From a virus: a DNA stretch of 64,000 bases. Shown here piece after piece: positions 47,247-56,702 of this stretch. The stretch covers positions 1-64,000 of IMG/VR virus record IMGVR_UViG_3300009314_000709, one strand, 5' to 3'. Below the pieces are notes generated by a model. The model had not been told where the DNA came from. It worked only from the letters and a program-made list of their open reading frames with translations, and ran no database searches. Each line of letters starts with the position of its first letter. Position 1 is the stretch's first letter. The position numbers and the translations under genes are program-made.

Positions 47247-48005
47247 CTAGCTTTCGTCGTCGTCGTCGTCTTCTTCTTCTTCTTCTTCTTCTTCGTCTTG
47301 GATTCTCTGCCGTCGCTCCCGCTCCTGCTCCTGCTCCTGCCATGACTTGTAGGCTGTCAGACGAGGATGCTCCCAGTCTTCAATTCCTAGCGAGTCGGCG
47401 AAAAATCGAGATGCTTCGATTATGTCACCGGCTGTAATTCTGTGCCCGCCATAGCGACTCTCCTTCGTGATTACATTGTAGCCACGTCTCAGTAGCGATA
47501 TCTTCATAGGTAGATATCGCTCATACCAGTCAAAACACCCATCGTCGAAGTTGTGAACCAACATGATTGGCGTATGACTCTTGGGCGCTTGAGGCACCTT
47601 GATTGGCTCAAGGATGGCCCCAGACATCGACACTGCGCCGCCGAATGGTTTTGATGCATGGGTTGCCATCTGGAGGGCCATAACACCTCCAGCCGAGAAG
47701 CCAACAACAGCGATCTTTTTGTGCGACAACCGATACGCCTTGCTTATGCGTCCTAGTAGCTTCATGCAAGCGGACCTGGCTACAGGAAGCCCCTGCACCG
47801 CTTCCTTTTGATCTGTAGCAGAGAAGGGTTGTGGGTACCAAGCAAGCCCATAAGGCTGGATGGCTACCAAGACCGTATTTGGCAACTGGAAATCCTCGGC
47901 CACCTGCATCATCAACCGAGCACTGTTATATCGACCCGCCAAAGCCAGTAACGCATAACGAACCGGCCCATTTTTTGGTTCTTTGACAATCCACTCTTCG
48001 ATCAT
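47247..48005 (-). CDS. phospholipase/carboxylesterase (alpha/beta hydrolase)
   Basis: VGFSAGGVMA nucleophile elbow, H..DD, GGHRI; acidic tail. Confidence 0.85.
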   Translation of the reverse strand: MIEEWIVKEPKNGPVRYALLALAGRYNSARLMMQVAEDFQLPNTVLVAIQPYGLAWYPQPFSATDQKEAVQGLPVARSACMKLLGRISKAYRLSHKKIAVVGFSAGGVMALQMATHASKPFGGAVSMSGAILEPIKVPQAPKSHTPIMLVHNFDDGCFDWYERYLPMKISLLRRGYNVITKESRYGGHRITAGDIIEASRFFADSLGIEDWEHPRLTAYKSWQEQEQERERRQRIQDEEEEEEEEDDDDDES

Positions 48006-48026
48006 AGGTCTAATTCCTATTCAAGT

Positions 48027-48074
48027 AAAAACAGGTCACACCACCAGGCTGGAGACCCTGGTGGTGTGAACCTG
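48027..48074 (-). terminator. intrinsic terminator
   Basis: CAGGT(T)CACACCACCAGG/CCTGGTGGTGTGACCTG followed by U5 on minus strand. Confidence 0.8.
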
Positions 48075-48520
48075 ATAAGGTCTTAGGGCCGCCACCTGGC
48101 TCATCACCTGGTGACTTGTAGTTTTTATGATCGCCCTTTGGCTAGCCATGTCGTTTTACCAGAACGACACCGGGTTGTGTCATATGCTCCACTTGGCCTA
48201 GCCGTAATGCCTCAGCATGGGCGTAGGCGACCTTTCAACTTCACATCGACTGAAACTTCCCTTTGATTGTTTACACCGCTCTGGGAGCGAACGTGTCTTT
48301 GGCCCGGAGGCCACACTAATGCAAACGTACAAAAGTTCCATTTCACCGACGCTACGTGATAAGGCAAGTGATGCAACACAACAAAAAGACGACCAGGACT
48401 ACCAAACCCAGACAGTTGCTTTTCACCGCACAGTGCTTATTCGCTTCGGGGCTGTCCTCCCCTACCATGCGGCTTCCGGCGCATCAGGCCGCAGCCTGAC
48501 AGAAACACCCAAGACCTTAT
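48075..48520 (-). ncRNA. unidentified ~445-nt structured RNA with paired ends
   Basis: AUAAGGUCUUGGG pairs with CCCUAAGACCUUAU; many internal hairpins; terminator immediately after. Confidence 0.5.
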
Positions 48521-49440
48521 TTCCATTGATCCAGGTTGGGGGCGTAATCCTTGGATGCTTCGTGTCCAATCCTCCAAATCACATTTTGCTCTACGTAGCG
48601 GCCAATCACGTCCATGAACTTGTCCGTCTCCCCCACGGCGGCATCGTCAATCGTGCGCCGTAATTCGTCGGGATCGATGTCTTCTTCCCAAATCTTTTCG
48701 TGAACCCGATCTTCCATCACCACCTTCGTGGCCACTGTTGCGAGATCGTACATCAGTTCGACCAATGAAGGTCGAGCTAACCAGAAGTTGCCCAAGGAGC
48801 GATATTCAACACCATACTTCTCGCACGCCCGGTGCGTCCCTGCTTTCCCATACAACCTACGTCGATCTTTCGATGTCGGGTCTTTGTCGAGCAGCAATGA
48901 CGGGATACCCAGGAAGAGATCACACATTCGGACAACCCAAACACGATCCCAGCAAATCTGGAAGATCAATTCTTCGTACTCCTCCTCGCCCATCGCCTGT
49001 GGTTTCTCAAAATCCACACCGCCGTCGTAGCCGATGTGAATGTGCCCGCCACCCGACCGAAATGTGTTGCGGCAGTCCGGTGGAACCACCACCATCATTT
49101 CATAGGCACAAAACTCTGGATCGCAACCGAACAAACGAGCATCTCTGTGCTCGCACTCTCCGTCAGGGTAATAGGCCGACGCTTGGGGTACTAACCGGAG
49201 CGGCCGGACCAGTTGAGCGTATCGTTCAATGCACTCTCGGAAGCTACCAACGACAGCTTCTCTACTGGCTTCCGGGCGAATGTTGCACTCGGCTAGCACG
49301 TTGTCGTAAAACGCCAAATGATCGTCTCCCATGTCGTAACGGTCATCTTTTGTGCCGAAAACGACGCCAATGGCGCTTTTCAAACGACCTTGTTCATCCT
49401 GCAACATGAACTCCGGGTCGGAGCCGAATGTAATTGGCAT
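48517..49440 (-). CDS. phiEco32-like COOH-NH2 ligase type 2
   Basis: FGSDPEF, DNVLAE.NI.P, FGCDPEF.AY, RSGGGHIH, RR.LYGKAG..R, YGVEYRSL.NFW. Confidence 0.9.
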   Translation of the reverse strand: MPITFGSDPEFMLQDEQGRLKSAIGVVFGTKDDRYDMGDDHLAFYDNVLAECNIRPEASREAVVGSFRECIERYAQLVRPLRLVPQASAYYPDGECEHRDARLFGCDPEFCAYEMMVVVPPDCRNTFRSGGGHIHIGYDGGVDFEKPQAMGEEEYEELIFQICWDRVWVVRMCDLFLGIPSLLLDKDPTSKDRRRLYGKAGTHRACEKYGVEYRSLGNFWLARPSLVELMYDLATVATKVVMEDRVHEKIWEEDIDPDELRRTIDDAAVGETDKFMDVIGRYVEQNVIWRIGHEASKDYAPNLDQWK

Positions 49441-49448
49441 GACGAGTC

Positions 49449-50312
49449 TCACTTCTTCTTATCGGTTTTGTCGGATTTGGGCTTATCCAAGTCACGGTGC
49501 CAGTGTTGTACGTGACTCATACTGGCACCACTTGTGAACGAACAGATACCGGTGTGGTTATGCATACTACTCGTAGTGATAGCAGGATAGTTCTTCTTTG
49601 GGTTTTTGAAAAAGATTTTGGCGTATCCGAACTTCAAAATCTTGTCTATTCCGTCCTTGGCCTGCGATAGTTGCTTCTTATCATTAGACTGGTAGGGGCT
49701 TATCTTGCCTGCTATGATCTTCTTGATTGTTTCGGCAAAGTCCTCGCCCTTCGTGTGACAAAAGCCAACACGGAGCAGCAGGGTATACAAGGATAGCATT
49801 GGCGGCGACAGTATCCAGCGATTGGAACTTTCGATGACCCACACACCACTCTTGTACCGCTTGGGCGGATTCTCTACTTGGCGAGCCTTGCTTCGCACCA
49901 GCCGCAGCTTCTTCTCAAATTGATGGAGAAAATCCATAACGTTTGGAATTTTGTCACTGAAACCACTGTCCGAAGCATTGCCCAACGCCATACGGGTTCG
50001 TCGCATGTAGAGAGGCTCACAAGTCTGTGGGTTGTAGGTGAACCCATAGATGCTTACCGACTTCTCGTGGTACGTCGCCTGGATGGCATCTTGCAGAAAA
50101 TCCTTGCAATACACCATCGGACAACATTGTTTCCAATCACGAGAGATGAAGCAATACTCCAGGCCGGTTGAATAGACTTGGGACAAACCATATTTCTTGG
50201 TAAGCCACTCAATTTTAACCGGCCGGGACGCTTTTGCGTCGTCCTTCTTCTTTGTGTCCTTCTTCATGGTAAACAACGCCATCTTTCTGTGTTCTCCAGT
50301 TGACGGGATCAT
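49449..50312 (-). CDS. hypothetical protein co-transcribed with the COOH-NH2 ligase
   Basis: CKDFLQD, IYGF.Y, SLYTLLLR motifs. Confidence 0.7.
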   Translation of the reverse strand: MIPSTGEHRKMALFTMKKDTKKKDDAKASRPVKIEWLTKKYGLSQVYSTGLEYCFISRDWKQCCPMVYCKDFLQDAIQATYHEKSVSIYGFTYNPQTCEPLYMRRTRMALGNASDSGFSDKIPNVMDFLHQFEKKLRLVRSKARQVENPPKRYKSGVWVIESSNRWILSPPMLSLYTLLLRVGFCHTKGEDFAETIKKIIAGKISPYQSNDKKQLSQAKDGIDKILKFGYAKIFFKNPKKNYPAITTSSMHNHTGICSFTSGASMSHVQHWHRDLDKPKSDKTDKKK

Positions 50313-50397
50313 TAGTCTATCGTGAGATTCTCATACGCTCAATGTCGGTTTGTGCCTACATGTCGCAGAATGAGTAGTAGCTGCGATAGATACCCAC

Positions 50398-50769
50398 ATG
50401 AAACGTTTGCACTTTCGAGAGTATGTTAGCGAAACCGAGCAGGCGGCCCTCTTCACGGAAAACCTGAAAGAGTACGACCACGAGATCGCTTACCTGTACC
50501 AACAAAATCTTCCGATTTCATCCATAAAAAACGAGATCGGGACAACCTACGGACCAATTTCATTCGGTGAGATATACCGCTCTCTTCGGCGAAACCAGAT
50601 TTCTCCCAGCCGCCGCACAAAGCCGTTTCGAGACGATGTGGTTTACTTCGGCCAGTGCGGACTCGAACTTGAGGAAATCGCCAGACTTACAGGTTACTCC
50701 AAGAAACAAGTAAGTAATATTCTGAAGGCCGATACCGAGGCTCAACAAGATGGCCATATCAACGACTGA
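50398..50769 (+). CDS. double HTH protein with capsid-targeting-like N-terminus
   Basis: LHFREYVSE; LEEIARLTGYSKKQVSNIL. Confidence 0.7.
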   Translation: MKRLHFREYVSETEQAALFTENLKEYDHEIAYLYQQNLPISSIKNEIGTTYGPISFGEIYRSLRRNQISPSRRTKPFRDDVVYFGQCGLELEEIARLTGYSKKQVSNILKADTEAQQDGHIND

Positions 50770-51601
50770 CATTGAGTTACGTTACTCTGGCGGTCTGTTC
50801 AACAACGACCCTCTTTTGTCTATCGGCGGGTCGATAGCCCAGATCGCAATAGAAGATAACACTCTTGACAATCTCTTTGACAGCAACCCTGAGCGTGAAA
50901 CGGACGTACAGTACAGAGATTTCAGGGCAATCTATGTCATCAACAACAACACAGAAGATATCATTTATGATGTTCTCGTCTACATTAGCAAACCTGTTCA
51001 GGAACCTTCTGAGATTCTGATGGGCGTAATACGCCACAACGAAATACAGACAATTAGCTTCGTCGACTTTGCCGACATCACAAGTGGCTCTTTTACACTA
51101 AAACTTGGCAACTACATTACAAATGAAATTGCTTGGGACTCCGATACCGATGTGTTCGGCGCAAACATCCAAAGCGCCATTCGCAATATACCAGGGATGA
51201 TAGATGTAGAAGTCTACAGCCCAACCATCGCTGGCGATGCAGTCTCCTATCCTATTTACTTCGAAGGCGATGCCAGTAATAAACTACAACCCACCCTTTC
51301 GGTAAATACCAATCAATTGGCTGCCGCTGGGCAACCTGCTACAATTACGATTGCCGTCAGCCAAGCAGGGTCGCCGATAAACGATGTTGCTGTTCACGTT
51401 GCCTTCCGCAATAATCCACCAGCAGGTGTATCGTTTATCGAGACAAGCCCGGTTTTATCAGTAAATATTGGCACGCTCCGACCTGGTGAGTATTTCCCGA
51501 TCTGGCTCCAGCGCACTATTCCTGCTGCCAATCTGGCAAGTCAACCAGTATCTGAAGATAGTTTTGAGTTCGGCATTAGCGGCATGACTGGCCGAAGTTA
51601 G
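50750..51601 (+). CDS. putative virion structural protein
   Basis: YSGG..N.DP..SIGG, NLFD, YR..Y..NN, IG.L.PGE..PIWLQR. Confidence 0.65.
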   Translation: MAISTTDIELRYSGGLFNNDPLLSIGGSIAQIAIEDNTLDNLFDSNPERETDVQYRDFRAIYVINNNTEDIIYDVLVYISKPVQEPSEILMGVIRHNEIQTISFVDFADITSGSFTLKLGNYITNEIAWDSDTDVFGANIQSAIRNIPGMIDVEVYSPTIAGDAVSYPIYFEGDASNKLQPTLSVNTNQLAAAGQPATITIAVSQAGSPINDVAVHVAFRNNPPAGVSFIETSPVLSVNIGTLRPGEYFPIWLQRTIPAANLASQPVSEDSFEFGISGMTGRS

Positions 51602-51612
51602 ACTTTGATCCA

Positions 51613-52731
51613 ATGCAACGTTTTTCACAACCATCTGTGTACGACAAGCGACCTCATTTAGCCTTCCAAGAAGGGTTCTATGAGCGTGTGAAGGTGAAAC
51701 GACACCACCATCAGAAGTATGACCGCTACCACTATTATCTTCCCGCCCGGTTGTCTCCCGTCATCCGCTTCTTGAAAAAGTACTTCTTGGTGCTAGACCC
51801 TCTTTGCGAAGTAGACAACGAGAAAGATCGGATTCGCCAAACTGAATTTGAGTTTGCCGAAACGGCAATCCTCATACTACATCATATCCGTTGCCGCATC
51901 GCTGTCTCAAAACCAATCGTTGTCGGCAGCGAACGTTTTAGCCCATGTCCGTGGGCAGTGTTTGGCCCGACGTTAGGCGTTGCCAACAAGCTAATGAAGC
52001 ATCATTTCCTCAGTCTAAGAGATGTCTTTAGGCACTACGATGACTTCATGTGGGGTTCTGGTTACAACATTGTCAACATCGAACGACCTCACAAGATGCA
52101 CCCAGAAATGGATGGGTTAGCCGTCCTGGGTGACATTTACAACCGCTCTGCCAACTACATCCTAGCAACCGGACTCCTCCTCCTATGTGACCTGATAAAA
52201 CACTGCGGCCCAGACTCAGGTGAATTTAACCTCATCTTCACTAATGACAAGCAAAACAAGTGGGCGGATATGACTGCTTGGGAAGCGGCCCGTTATCAAG
52301 TTATACCGCCAGATTTTGAACAACTTAAAGCAAAAGCGCTTTGCGGTCGCTCTAATACTAGACAAAGGTTTGGAGGGTTGTCTGCATACCATCGGCAACA
52401 GCAGCGGCCGAGAAAACCAAAACAAGTATACTTTGACGTTGAAATTAGAGATGCGTGCATATCATCTCATTTTGATTTGACCCGAGGAGAAACATTCGAG
52501 GTACACGGAGAGAGCAAAGTAGAAGTAAAACCAAAGCGACAAACCCCTTTGCTCTTACCCTACTACGGCGACCCGGACTTGTCGCCAGACGATGTTGATG
52601 AAGACAATGAGAATGACGAAATCGCCCAAATGGACAGAGAGTTTCGACGAATAGTCGGCGATTCGCCACCTGTGACTCCCAAGCAACATAATGATTATGA
52701 ATGGCTCCGAGGTTGGCACGGTCTCGATTAG
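51613..52731 (+). CDS. hypothetical protein
   Basis: 372-aa ORF. Confidence 0.65.
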   Translation: MQRFSQPSVYDKRPHLAFQEGFYERVKVKRHHHQKYDRYHYYLPARLSPVIRFLKKYFLVLDPLCEVDNEKDRIRQTEFEFAETAILILHHIRCRIAVSKPIVVGSERFSPCPWAVFGPTLGVANKLMKHHFLSLRDVFRHYDDFMWGSGYNIVNIERPHKMHPEMDGLAVLGDIYNRSANYILATGLLLLCDLIKHCGPDSGEFNLIFTNDKQNKWADMTAWEAARYQVIPPDFEQLKAKALCGRSNTRQRFGGLSAYHRQQQRPRKPKQVYFDVEIRDACISSHFDLTRGETFEVHGESKVEVKPKRQTPLLLPYYGDPDLSPDDVDEDNENDEIAQMDREFRRIVGDSPPVTPKQHNDYEWLRGWHGLD

Positions 52732-52739
52732 GAGGCTGA

Positions 52740-53387
52740 ATGAAACAACTACTCATTATTACGGCAATCTGGCTTCTCTTCTTCTTGCCAGTTCAAGCAC
52801 AGGAAAATCCTAAGAAATGCCCTCACACGCCGCCAAGTAAAGCACCCGCACTTGTTATCCCTGATCTCTTTGCTGTTCAGTTGGCTGTAGAAGTTGCCCA
52901 ATCTGAACTTGTAGCTTTCGAGAAACGCTTGAAGCATCTCGATGATATCGATTACTACAAGAGATGGGAGGCTTATGATACAGTAAAGCAGAAGCCTATT
53001 GCGATAAAAGACCTTGACGATAAACAAATCAGAGGATTCTTCTTATATCAAGCCGAAAAGCTACACAACAATATGCTCTTCAGTATGGATATGTGGAGAC
53101 AGTGCAGCGAGAAGTTCAAAAAGGCTAAGTTCAAAGACGATGATCCTCATAAGGAAAAGAGGGAAGAAGCATACAAGAAAGCATCAGCCAGCTTTGTATC
53201 ATTGACTACCGAAGCACGAAAACTTCACATGAAACTGGCGAAGAAACGTGAACAGATGACCGCAAGTATGATGGAAGCCTACGCAGAAAAAGACAAGCAA
53301 CTAGCAGAAGAGTTAAGAGGCTATCTCAAAGACGTGCAAAAGGAACATGACACCTTGAGGTTGATCGACCGCACACAAGGGGAATAA
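52740..53387 (+). CDS. secreted helical hypothetical protein
   Basis: signal peptide ending VQA; GGAGG SD. Confidence 0.7.
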   Translation: MKQLLIITAIWLLFFLPVQAQENPKKCPHTPPSKAPALVIPDLFAVQLAVEVAQSELVAFEKRLKHLDDIDYYKRWEAYDTVKQKPIAIKDLDDKQIRGFFLYQAEKLHNNMLFSMDMWRQCSEKFKKAKFKDDDPHKEKREEAYKKASASFVSLTTEARKLHMKLAKKREQMTASMMEAYAEKDKQLAEELRGYLKDVQKEHDTLRLIDRTQGE

Positions 53388-53831
53388 ATGCATTGTCCGT
53401 TAACCGGCAAACCATGTCTGATGCCAAAAGAAGTGTTTATCACAGAAGTGAAAGATAATGATGTGCGACACTTATTCATGTGTCGACAATGTGGCGACAA
53501 GTATATCGAAGACCTAAACGATGCCGATGTTGTAACGAAGTCTTTAGAGGTCGTTTCGTCGGACGGCGACATTTCACATAACGAACATGTTCTCGACGAT
53601 GAACATATTGGCGACTTGCCAGAGAACCTACAGGAACTCCCGACACCTCAACCAATCACCGCCCCTGTCTCAACGCTTCAACAAATCAAAGCTGTTGAAG
53701 CTAAAATGCAAGCCGCTATCGACAAAGAAGATTATGAATCAGCCGCTGCCCTACGTGATATCCTTATTGAACTTCGACAACGAGATAATCCGCTAAACCT
53801 AGAGGACAACGAAGATCAAGAAGAAATCTGA
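53388..53831 (+). CDS. McsA-like UVR-domain protein
   Basis: N-terminal Cys pairs, HL.MCRQC, C-terminal MQAAIDKEDYESAAALRD UVR motif. Confidence 0.75.
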   Translation: MHCPLTGKPCLMPKEVFITEVKDNDVRHLFMCRQCGDKYIEDLNDADVVTKSLEVVSSDGDISHNEHVLDDEHIGDLPENLQELPTPQPITAPVSTLQQIKAVEAKMQAAIDKEDYESAAALRDILIELRQRDNPLNLEDNEDQEEI

Positions 53832-54775
53832 CGTGAGGGTAAGCCTTTGAGTAGTTTGTTCAAAGTGATAATGCCAAATCCCTGGTAGAATGGATCACCA
53901 GCATATTCCTCACCTACAACGTTTATCGTGTGCTCTCGGAAAAACTGACGATAGGAGTCGGCATTGTTGATTTGTATGTCCAGGCCAACGTTCCGTTTGT
54001 AAGAGAGTAGCAAAGCGGCAAGCCCACACACGAACGGCTGAGCCATTGAAGAGCCCGACAAGATAGCCCACCAATTGTCGGGAACTGTACTCAAGATATC
54101 AACACCAGGGGCCATGAAATCCAAGTTCTTTCCTGTGTTGGTGAAGTCCGCTCGTCGCAAGTTCTTATCAATCGCCCCAATAGCAATTGTCTCTGGGTAG
54201 TTTGCCGGATAAAGCAAGTGCTCTGACTTGCCTATGTTCCCGGCTGCTACAAATACAGGGATGTTGGCTTTGTCCGCAGCCTTTAATGCCCACCTCAATG
54301 ATCGCATAGGCTTGAGAGTCCCCAGCGACATTGAGATGAAATCGACTTTCTGCTTAATAGCCCACCGAATAGCCTTTACAACATCTTCGATTTCTCCGTC
54401 TCCATAACCATCAAGCACTTTCACTGGACGTACTTTTGCTTTGGGTGCTACCCCAACCGTCCCTATGTCATTTTGCTGTGCGCAAAGAATGCCCGTTACA
54501 TGAGTACCATGTTCTCCGTCATCATCTGGTAGTACGCCTGGCCTGACAAAGTTATATCCGTCCAATAGATTGTCTTGCAAATCAGGATGGTCAAGGTCAC
54601 AGCCGGTGTCCAGTACGGCGATGGTGATACCCTCTCCCTGAGTAACGGCCCATGCTTCGGGTATGTTAAAAGTACTGACTCCCCAATCCGTCCTTTCTCT
54701 CAGTTGTTGCATGGAGATAATGTCTCGGCGCTTGTAGGGCAGTAAACTACAATGTTGTTGTGTTTCAATTGGCAT
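53816..54775 (-). CDS. subtilisin-family S8 serine protease
   Basis: VLDTG, HGTHV.G, AAGN, SGSSMA catalytic motifs. Confidence 0.93.
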   Translation of the reverse strand: MPIETQQHCSLLPYKRRDIISMQQLRERTDWGVSTFNIPEAWAVTQGEGITIAVLDTGCDLDHPDLQDNLLDGYNFVRPGVLPDDDGEHGTHVTGILCAQQNDIGTVGVAPKAKVRPVKVLDGYGDGEIEDVVKAIRWAIKQKVDFISMSLGTLKPMRSLRWALKAADKANIPVFVAAGNIGKSEHLLYPANYPETIAIGAIDKNLRRADFTNTGKNLDFMAPGVDILSTVPDNWWAILSGSSMAQPFVCGLAALLLSYKRNVGLDIQINNADSYRQFFREHTINVVGEEYAGDPFYQGFGIITLNKLLKGLPSRQISS

Positions 54776-54809
54776 CGTGCCTCCATAGTATGTAGCCACT
54801 CTGCCAACC

Positions 54810-54847
54810 AAAAACCCGCCCTTCCGAAATTCGGAAGGGCGGGTTTA
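54810..54847 (-). terminator. intrinsic terminator
   Basis: AAAAACCCGCCCTTCCGAA/TTCGGAAGGGCGGGTTT. Confidence 0.8.
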
Positions 54848-54878
54848 CGCCAAAAGGAGAGATTACAGGTAACTCGCC

Positions 54879-55934
54879 TCAATACGGGAATCTAGCTCCG
54901 CCGTGATCGTATCTGGGATAGTATTTCTCATATCCTGTTATGATCTTACGTGCAGCGTAGCTAGCGTGACAACATTTGTATGCAAGTTCGCAAGCGTATT
55001 TGCTGATTTGTTCCATTCCCTTGTAGTTAATCTTGTCGGCCGTATCAGACCTACGATGGTAGTCACGGTGTGTCCCGGTATGTATGAACACTGCGGGTAC
55101 TCCCTTACGCAGGAAAGGAGTATGGTCAGAGCCACCGGCTCCCTTTTGCGTGATCCTTGATGCGAATGTGTACTTGCCGTCCAATTCGTCGACAAATCTA
55201 TACAAATCCACATCAAGATTGGTGCCAGTGACGAGGTAGGGCGCAATATTCTGTCCCAATCTACCGACCATATCTGCGTTAATCATAGCAACGTGTTTGT
55301 CGATGTCGGGATCGTCTTTCGGGAATGTTGGATTCTTTGTGTAGTAACTACTTCCAATGAGTCCGCTTTCTTCAGCGGTGTACCATTGGAATACAATGGT
55401 ACGTGGCGGTGCTTCCATCTTGGAAAAGGCTTTCGCCAAAGCCATTACCAACACTGAGCCAGAACCGTTATCATCCGCTCCTAAGCGACCATTGCCAAGA
55501 TGGTCGAGATGCGCTCCAACAACAACAATTTCGTCTTTGCGGGTCGGATCACTGCCTTCAATGTAAGCGCACAAGTTCTGATCTCGCCGAGGAACGGTTT
55601 GCCTCTCGGTTTTCAAACCCCATTCTTTACAATGACTCTCTACGTATTCAAGAGCCTTCTTGAAGCCCTCTGTATTGGGTTCTCGTCCGTCGAGTTCCGG
55701 GGAGGCGAGATAGTAGAGCCACTCTTTCTGCTCTTCCGCCGTAATCGCATCCAACGCTTGTTCAAGTGTCAAATATTCCGGCTCGGGCGGTTGTACTGGA
55801 GGTACTGGCCCTTGCGGTGGCTGTACAACAGGTGGCTCAGTGGACGGATTGAGAACATACTTATCCGCCGCCAAAGTCAATAACAACGTTAAACCGAACG
55901 CTGCCAAAGCATAGACTACATTCCTAACATTCAT
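54879..55934 (-). CDS. M28 family aminopeptidase, membrane-anchored/secreted
   Basis: GAHLDH, GADDNGSG, AEESGLIGS, NADMVG, SDH.PF, DYH..SD. Confidence 0.93.
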   Translation of the reverse strand: MNVRNVVYALAAFGLTLLLTLAADKYVLNPSTEPPVVQPPQGPVPPVQPPEPEYLTLEQALDAITAEEQKEWLYYLASPELDGREPNTEGFKKALEYVESHCKEWGLKTERQTVPRRDQNLCAYIEGSDPTRKDEIVVVGAHLDHLGNGRLGADDNGSGSVLVMALAKAFSKMEAPPRTIVFQWYTAEESGLIGSSYYTKNPTFPKDDPDIDKHVAMINADMVGRLGQNIAPYLVTGTNLDVDLYRFVDELDGKYTFASRITQKGAGGSDHTPFLRKGVPAVFIHTGTHRDYHRRSDTADKINYKGMEQISKYACELAYKCCHASYAARKIITGYEKYYPRYDHGGARFPY

Positions 55935-55992
55935 TTCTTGCCCTCTTGTTCTAACGAACAGATGTCTACATAGGAGAGTAAGGAAGAAGGAA

Positions 55993-56619
55993 ATGCGATT
56001 CAAATTCTGGCTTCTCGAAAACGATGAGTATGACCGCCTGTTGGCCCGTTATGAGCAGGAATGGGAACCACGGCTTTTGCAGAACCCGGAGGTTCGGCAA
56101 GAACTAATGTCTGACGGCTTAGCAAAAACCGCCACCGTCCGAAGAGTCTTAGGTATATCAGAAGGCGAATCAAATTTCGCTGCAAGAGAATTCAACAATC
56201 GCCACCGAGACCCCGAAGGGGAACGACAACGCCAGCAGAGGTGGCAAGATCAGATGGCTGCCGAAGCTCAGGATGATAACTATTATCACGTAACGTTGAG
56301 AACAAGGTGGCGAAAGATTCGCCGTCAAGGGCTCCAACCTGGTGCGGAACCAGTTTTCTCAAATTACACAGGGCACTCTGCGGGAAGAATCTTCCTCACA
56401 GAGAAAGGTGGGATTAACTTCTGGAAAGAGAGAGTTGCCGCTCACGAAGAACATAATGTCGAACATCCCCAGGGTGTTGTCGTCCTTCGTATCCCAAAAA
56501 CCGCCGTAGCCAATGTAGAACTCGATGAACTTGGCACCACAGACGCCAAACACAACTCATATTACACAACAGAGTCCATCGATCCTTCTCACATCACAGT
56601 AGCCGAACAGCAGCTTTAA
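55993..56619 (+). CDS. ADP-ribosyltransferase-fold (KptA/Tpt1-like) protein with capsid-targeting-like N-terminus
   Basis: YYHVT..WRKI..QGL.P, GRIFLT, VVLRI, Y....IDP..I; starts MRFKFWLLE. Confidence 0.65.
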   Translation: MRFKFWLLENDEYDRLLARYEQEWEPRLLQNPEVRQELMSDGLAKTATVRRVLGISEGESNFAAREFNNRHRDPEGERQRQQRWQDQMAAEAQDDNYYHVTLRTRWRKIRRQGLQPGAEPVFSNYTGHSAGRIFLTEKGGINFWKERVAAHEEHNVEHPQGVVVLRIPKTAVANVELDELGTTDAKHNSYYTTESIDPSHITVAEQQL

Positions 56620-56702
56620 TCTCCTCCAAAGTTTTTTCATTTTTTGCGCAAGTTTTGTTGCATCGTTGTCGATTATTCATATGGAGAACTTCAAGGAGGT
56701 AC

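Noticed and set aside
47254-47342. Trinucleotide-like repeats (also 5893-5925, 43180-43235, 61272-61312)
   Set aside because: They simply encode poly-E/D, poly-H or poly-A tracts inside proteins
48075-48520. tmRNA, SRP RNA or group I/II intron identity for the structured region
   Set aside because: No tRNA-like acceptor/T-arm ends, no SRP helix-8 consensus, no intron core motifs and no interrupted gene
48217-48663. 148-aa plus-strand ORF
   Set aside because: Antisense to the operon, overlaps the ligase gene, no recognisable motifs
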